Source: a virus | Length of the DNA stretch: 64,000 bases | IMG/VR virus record: IMGVR_UViG_3300045988_116240 | Direction: 5' to 3' (one strand) | In this document: positions 60,870 to 64,000 of the stretch, piece by piece | Layout: every line of letters starts with the position of its first letter | How positions within the stretch are numbered: the first letter of the stretch is position 1 | Notes under the pieces: generated by a model | Seen by the model: the letters and a program-made list of their open reading frames with translations, nothing else | Told to the model about the DNA's origin: nothing | The model's database searches: none | Made by a program: the position numbers and the translations under genes

Positions 60870-61744
60870 CTTCTCATCCAGTTAGGCTTGCCTTGAGGGG
60901 CGTTATTAAATGCTTGCGTTTTGGGAGGCTCGGGATTGCCGGGATTGGGTTGATCTTCCATGACGGGAGAAGGATCGCTCGCCGCTTTCGCTTCTTGCTG
61001 GCACTTGAACTCTTCCTTGTTAGCCTTTTCCAGTTCCTCCTTCAGCTTGTCTTCCGGATTGATCTCAATGTAATCCACGTCCTCTATATCACGTGCCTCC
61101 TCCTGCGTGATCATTCCCATGCTGATCTCCGGAGCGTACGCCCTTTGCCAGAAGGAAGCCGCCCGGTATTGGAGCATCAGCCTAGGCATTGTCTGCCATT
61201 TAGATCCCGACTTGGTATACCAGCCTTCCTTTATCGCCATTTCCATGGTGATAGGGGTGGATTCCAATATCTCGTCACGGCCTTTCTCCGAGGAATAAGC
61301 TATACATTCCCAATTGTCGATCTCGATATTCAATGTCTTTGTCACGGCCTCTTTCCTTCCGTTCCTCCATTCATAGTCGGTATACGTCACGTTCTTGATC
61401 TTTCCTAGGTTGGTGAACTTATACCTTAACGGGGAGAATCTCCCGCATGAGTTGACCGTAGCGATGAGAAATTTCGCGGACCATGACGGACGGCCTTGTA
61501 TGATATCGAGATTCTGCATGACCATCATATGGTCGGCGTTCATCCTTTGCGCCATGCTTACCGCTATCATGCAGTTCGCCACGGCCTTGCTCTCCGATCT
61601 CTTGTCCGTTACCCTATACGATTCGGGTACCAGATCGGAGTTCACGTACATCTTGCATATCCTTTGCATTGTCTCGAATTGTGCGGGATCGAAAAGATTG
61701 ATCGCCATGTTTTGCGGTTGCGCCGCTAATACGGGTGTGTTCAT
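60866..61744 (-). CDS. RecT-family single-strand annealing protein
   Basis: 292 aa. Pattern MQRICKMYVNSDLVPESYR...IIQGRPSWSAKFLIATVN with an acidic/proline-rich tail. It sits between the ATPase and the MBL nuclease. Confidence 0.55.
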   Translation of the reverse strand: MNTPVLAAQPQNMAINLFDPAQFETMQRICKMYVNSDLVPESYRVTDKRSESKAVANCMIAVSMAQRMNADHMMVMQNLDIIQGRPSWSAKFLIATVNSCGRFSPLRYKFTNLGKIKNVTYTDYEWRNGRKEAVTKTLNIEIDNWECIAYSSEKGRDEILESTPITMEMAIKEGWYTKSGSKWQTMPRLMLQYRAASFWQRAYAPEISMGMITQEEARDIEDVDYIEINPEDKLKEELEKANKEEFKCQQEAKAASDPSPVMEDQPNPGNPEPPKTQAFNNAPQGKPNWMRR

Positions 61745-61745
61745 A

Positions 61746-63665
61746 TCATTTGTTTTTAATTGTCAATTCTTTATGTTCTGGTGATACTATCAGCGATACG
61801 ACTTGCGTATCCGTGTCTATAAGTTCCGTGACGGACTCCCGGTTATCAAGGAATACCGGGGCGTAAACGTCATAGATACGAGAGAATGCCAAGGCTATGT
61901 CCAATCCCGCGTTTACCTTGGTGGCGGTGTTCTGCACGCCGAAGGGAACGCCATTTATATAGCACTCGCAACATTCCTTCTCGCCGCCGTTTATTTGCGG
62001 CTCGTACATCTTCCACTTGACCATGCGGAATAAGGAGTTGATCCTTTCCTCCATCATGTCCATCTTCTTATGTATGAACCTGTCCGCTATCATTTCTGTT
62101 TTCTCGTACCGGGCCAAGGATACGGCCAGATCCTTTTGCCTCGTCTCCAGCTCATCCACACGGGCCTTGGCCTTGTCGGAGTGTATCTTTCCGGAAAGCT
62201 CACCCTTTATTTCCTCTATCTCTTTCCTGATCTTGGATATCTGGTCTTTCACGGGAGACAGGTCATTGGATGTCACCACCGATCCGGATAATAGGTCTAT
62301 ATCCTCTTTTTTCTGGTCTATATCCTTGATGACATCCTTACGCTCCTCGTCTTCCGTATAGGCTGATACGAAGTGCTTGATGACTCTCCTGTCAAGAATA
62401 TCAAGATTGGAGGATAGCTCCGTGCGTCTGGCATTAAGGGCGGTTATCTTGTTCTCGTACTCCGATATAATTTGGTCATATGACCTTAGAAGGGCATCGT
62501 TTTCCTCTCCCTTCTTGTTTATATCCTCCAAAAGGTGGGCCTTGCGGTCATGCAGGAATTTCTCCGTGAACTCCTGTCCGCATGTCGGGCATATGCGATC
62601 ATCGCCTTCCACCTTACCGGAAAGGATCGCCTCGTATTGCGCCCCCAATTTGCTCAATATGTCGGATACCCTTTCCTTGGCCTTGGCATTGTCCGTTATA
62701 CCCTTTGCGAGTCGATTGATCTCGTCCTCTATGCCGGCGATCTCTCTCCTCGTCCTCTCTTTTTCGGATTCGAGATCGTTGGACTCCTTTTGATAGGAGG
62801 CCTTATATCGGTTCTCGATATCCATCTTTCTTCTTTCCAAGGAAGCGATCTCATTATATAGGGCTTGTATCTTGAAGTTGACATCCTTGTTCTCCTCTTG
62901 CACCCGTAGGTTCTCGTCCGCTATCCTCCTATCCAGTTTCTCGATCATGGTTTCCCGATCCTTGATTATGCCTTCCAAGGCGGTCCAGTCCTTATCGATA
63001 ATGCCTTGTCTGGCCTCGTCTATCCGGGCGGGGATCTCGTCCAGCTCTTTCTTGATCGGCTTCTTCTTGGCGGCGATCTCTTTCCTGTACTCATCCATCG
63101 TCTTGCCGGTGCAATAGGATAGGAGCCTCTTGAAATCCTCGTTGTCCCCGATAATCTCTTCCTCGCTCGGCTCCCCGGCCGCTTGGATAAGAAGGTTCCT
63201 CTTGTCTTGCCATTTCAAGGTGTTGAAATAGGAGGAGGAAGTGATAAGCTTGAACCTGTCCTCGTCTAGGATGGAGTTTATCTTGGTCTTGAAGTTCGTG
63301 GCGTTACATGCCACTCCGTTGATGGAATACTCGGTGACGTTGCCGGAGAACTCGGCCTCTTCCGATCCTTTTTTCTTTGTCCACTTCTCCGAGTAGATAC
63401 GCTCGAGCGTTAATTCTTGCCCGTCAAGATCGAACATTCCTCGCACGGATACCTTTGAGTTTCTCATGTCTTGATCCCGGGGCTTGATCTCGTAGTCTTG
63501 CCGCCCTTGCGTGTCCTTGCCGAATAAAAGCCAAAGGAAAGCGTCGTTAACCCTAGTTTTTCCGATTCCGTTCATTCCCAATATAAGCGTGTTCGCCGAG
63601 AACGAAATGCTGATTGTTAATCCCCTGAAATTGACAAGGGATAATTCTTTGATTGTAAGTCTCAT
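61746..63665 (-). CDS. Rad50/SbcC-like AAA ATPase with coiled coil and CxxC zinc hook
   Basis: Walker A LGMNGIGKTR, a long coiled coil with a central CPTCGQ hook, and a C-terminal Walker B-like VFLDNRES. Confidence 0.7.
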   Translation of the reverse strand: MRLTIKELSLVNFRGLTISISFSANTLILGMNGIGKTRVNDAFLWLLFGKDTQGRQDYEIKPRDQDMRNSKVSVRGMFDLDGQELTLERIYSEKWTKKKGSEEAEFSGNVTEYSINGVACNATNFKTKINSILDEDRFKLITSSSYFNTLKWQDKRNLLIQAAGEPSEEEIIGDNEDFKRLLSYCTGKTMDEYRKEIAAKKKPIKKELDEIPARIDEARQGIIDKDWTALEGIIKDRETMIEKLDRRIADENLRVQEENKDVNFKIQALYNEIASLERRKMDIENRYKASYQKESNDLESEKERTRREIAGIEDEINRLAKGITDNAKAKERVSDILSKLGAQYEAILSGKVEGDDRICPTCGQEFTEKFLHDRKAHLLEDINKKGEENDALLRSYDQIISEYENKITALNARRTELSSNLDILDRRVIKHFVSAYTEDEERKDVIKDIDQKKEDIDLLSGSVVTSNDLSPVKDQISKIRKEIEEIKGELSGKIHSDKAKARVDELETRQKDLAVSLARYEKTEMIADRFIHKKMDMMEERINSLFRMVKWKMYEPQINGGEKECCECYINGVPFGVQNTATKVNAGLDIALAFSRIYDVYAPVFLDNRESVTELIDTDTQVVSLIVSPEHKELTIKNK

Positions 63666-63694
63666 GAATCCTGTTTTTATTAGTTATGTGTTTT

Positions 63695-63762
63695 GTAGGC
63701 CTCCGGGAGTCGAACCCGGCTATTCCCATGTTAGGGACGCTCTGCCGATAAGCTAAGGCCTT
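63695..63762 (-). tRNA. aberrant tRNA-like element (shortened anticodon arm) or tRNA pseudogene
   Basis: AAGGCCT-TA-GCTTATCGGCAGAGC-G-TCCC-TAACAT-GGGA-ATAG-CCGGGTTCGACTCCCGG-AGGCCTA-C. The T- and D-arms are good, pair 1-72 is A-A, and the anticodon arm has a 4-bp stem with a 6-nt loop. Confidence 0.35.
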
Positions 63763-63766
63763 GAAT

Positions 63767-64000
63767 TTATTCGATCTCAATAATCTCGAATTTTCCTTTC
63801 TTTATATATATCTTATGATTGTAGTAATCTTTGACTATTCCATGATCGGAAACTGTATTTATGTTTCCAGTGCAATCCTCAACATATGAGTTATCGCAAG
63901 CCTCGACCGTGGCAGAGTCGTAAGCCTCGACCGTGGCAGAGTCGTAAGCCTCGACCGTGGCAGAGCCGTAAGCCTTGACCGTGGCAGAGCCGCAAGCCTC
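63767..64000 (-). CDS. partial CDS (C-terminal part; N-terminus beyond window end): octapeptide-repeat protein
   Basis: Hand translation gives ...EACGSATVKAYGSATVEAYDSATVEAYDSATVEACDNSYVEDCTGNINTVSDHGIVKDYYNHKIYIKKGKFEIIEIE, with the stop at 63767-63769. Confidence 0.5.
   Translation of the reverse strand, partial: EACGSATVKAYGSATVEAYDSATVEAYDSATVEACDNSYVEDCTGNINTVSDHGIVKDYYNHKIYIKKGKFEIIEIE
63901..64000. repeat. 24-nt tandem repeat, at least 4 copies, in-frame coding repeat
   Basis: Unit cctcgaccgtggcagagtcgtaag starts at 63901, 63925, 63949 and 63973 with point differences. It encodes E-A-Y-D-S-A-T-V on the minus strand. Confidence 0.85.

Noticed and set aside
63553-63780. Track ORF 63553..63780 (75 aa), and the N-terminal 31 codons of track ORF 57377..57604.
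   Set aside because: Both run straight through tRNA-like sequences and overlap the start of the ATPase gene or the intergenic region. A shorter start (57511) explains the second.
63901-64000. Possible CRISPR array, suggested by the regular short repeats.
   Set aside because: The units are directly tandem with no spacers. They are 24 nt (8 codons) long and in frame with a minus-strand ORF, so this is a coding repeat.
1-64000. Prophage-host junction or att sites at the window edges.
   Set aside because: Every recognisable gene is phage-like and no host housekeeping genes are present. The integrase is internal, and no duplicated att core could be identified by eye.

Overview
The window reads as one continuous stretch of a temperate, tail-fibre-rich dsDNA phage with no recognisable host flank. 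The host is probably a Bacteroidota member, inferred from the integrase type, TAnnTTTG -7 boxes and DUF4373/DUF4494-like genes.

Layout:
- 1-7300: accessory and lysogeny region. It holds small minus-strand ORFs, two canonical tRNAs (Met-CAT, Arg-CCT), one aberrant tRNA-like element, HTH regulators and a tyrosine integrase.
- 7313-23122: three rightward virion-type genes, ending in a single 14.3 kb ORF (4754 aa). This is a polyvalent protein with pyrophosphatase-like, N6-adenine methyltransferase, SNF2-type helicase and zincin-like modules.
- 23235-24404: an AT-rich two-gene island.
- 24405-25270: an 866-nt ORF-free region full of hairpins.
- 25271-28215: leftward packaging genes (large terminase, a rhomboid-like protease, one small gene).
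- 28369-42245: rightward head, tail-fibre and lysis module.
- 42262-49606: candidate portal and other structural genes.
- 49697-63665: long leftward early/DNA-metabolism operon. It includes a MazG-like protein, YopX, a C5 methyltransferase, DUF4373 proteins, HNH, NinG, an SPFH lipoprotein, an MBL-fold hydrolase, RecT and a Rad50/SbcC-like ATPase.
- Window end: a repeat protein truncated at the edge.

Observations most worth a second look:
1. A 311-codon ORF lies wholly inside the +1 frame of the C5 methyltransferase gene. Both frames carry methyltransferase-type motifs.
2. The giant polyvalent gene has low-complexity linkers that coincide with protein-like +1-frame ORFs.
3. Three non-canonical tRNA-like genes, one interrupted by about 125 nt.
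4. A recurrent two-tier hairpin with an invariant UCAC/GUGA apex.
5. The 866-nt structured non-coding region itself.

All functional calls come from motif recognition by eye. No searches or folding programs were run.
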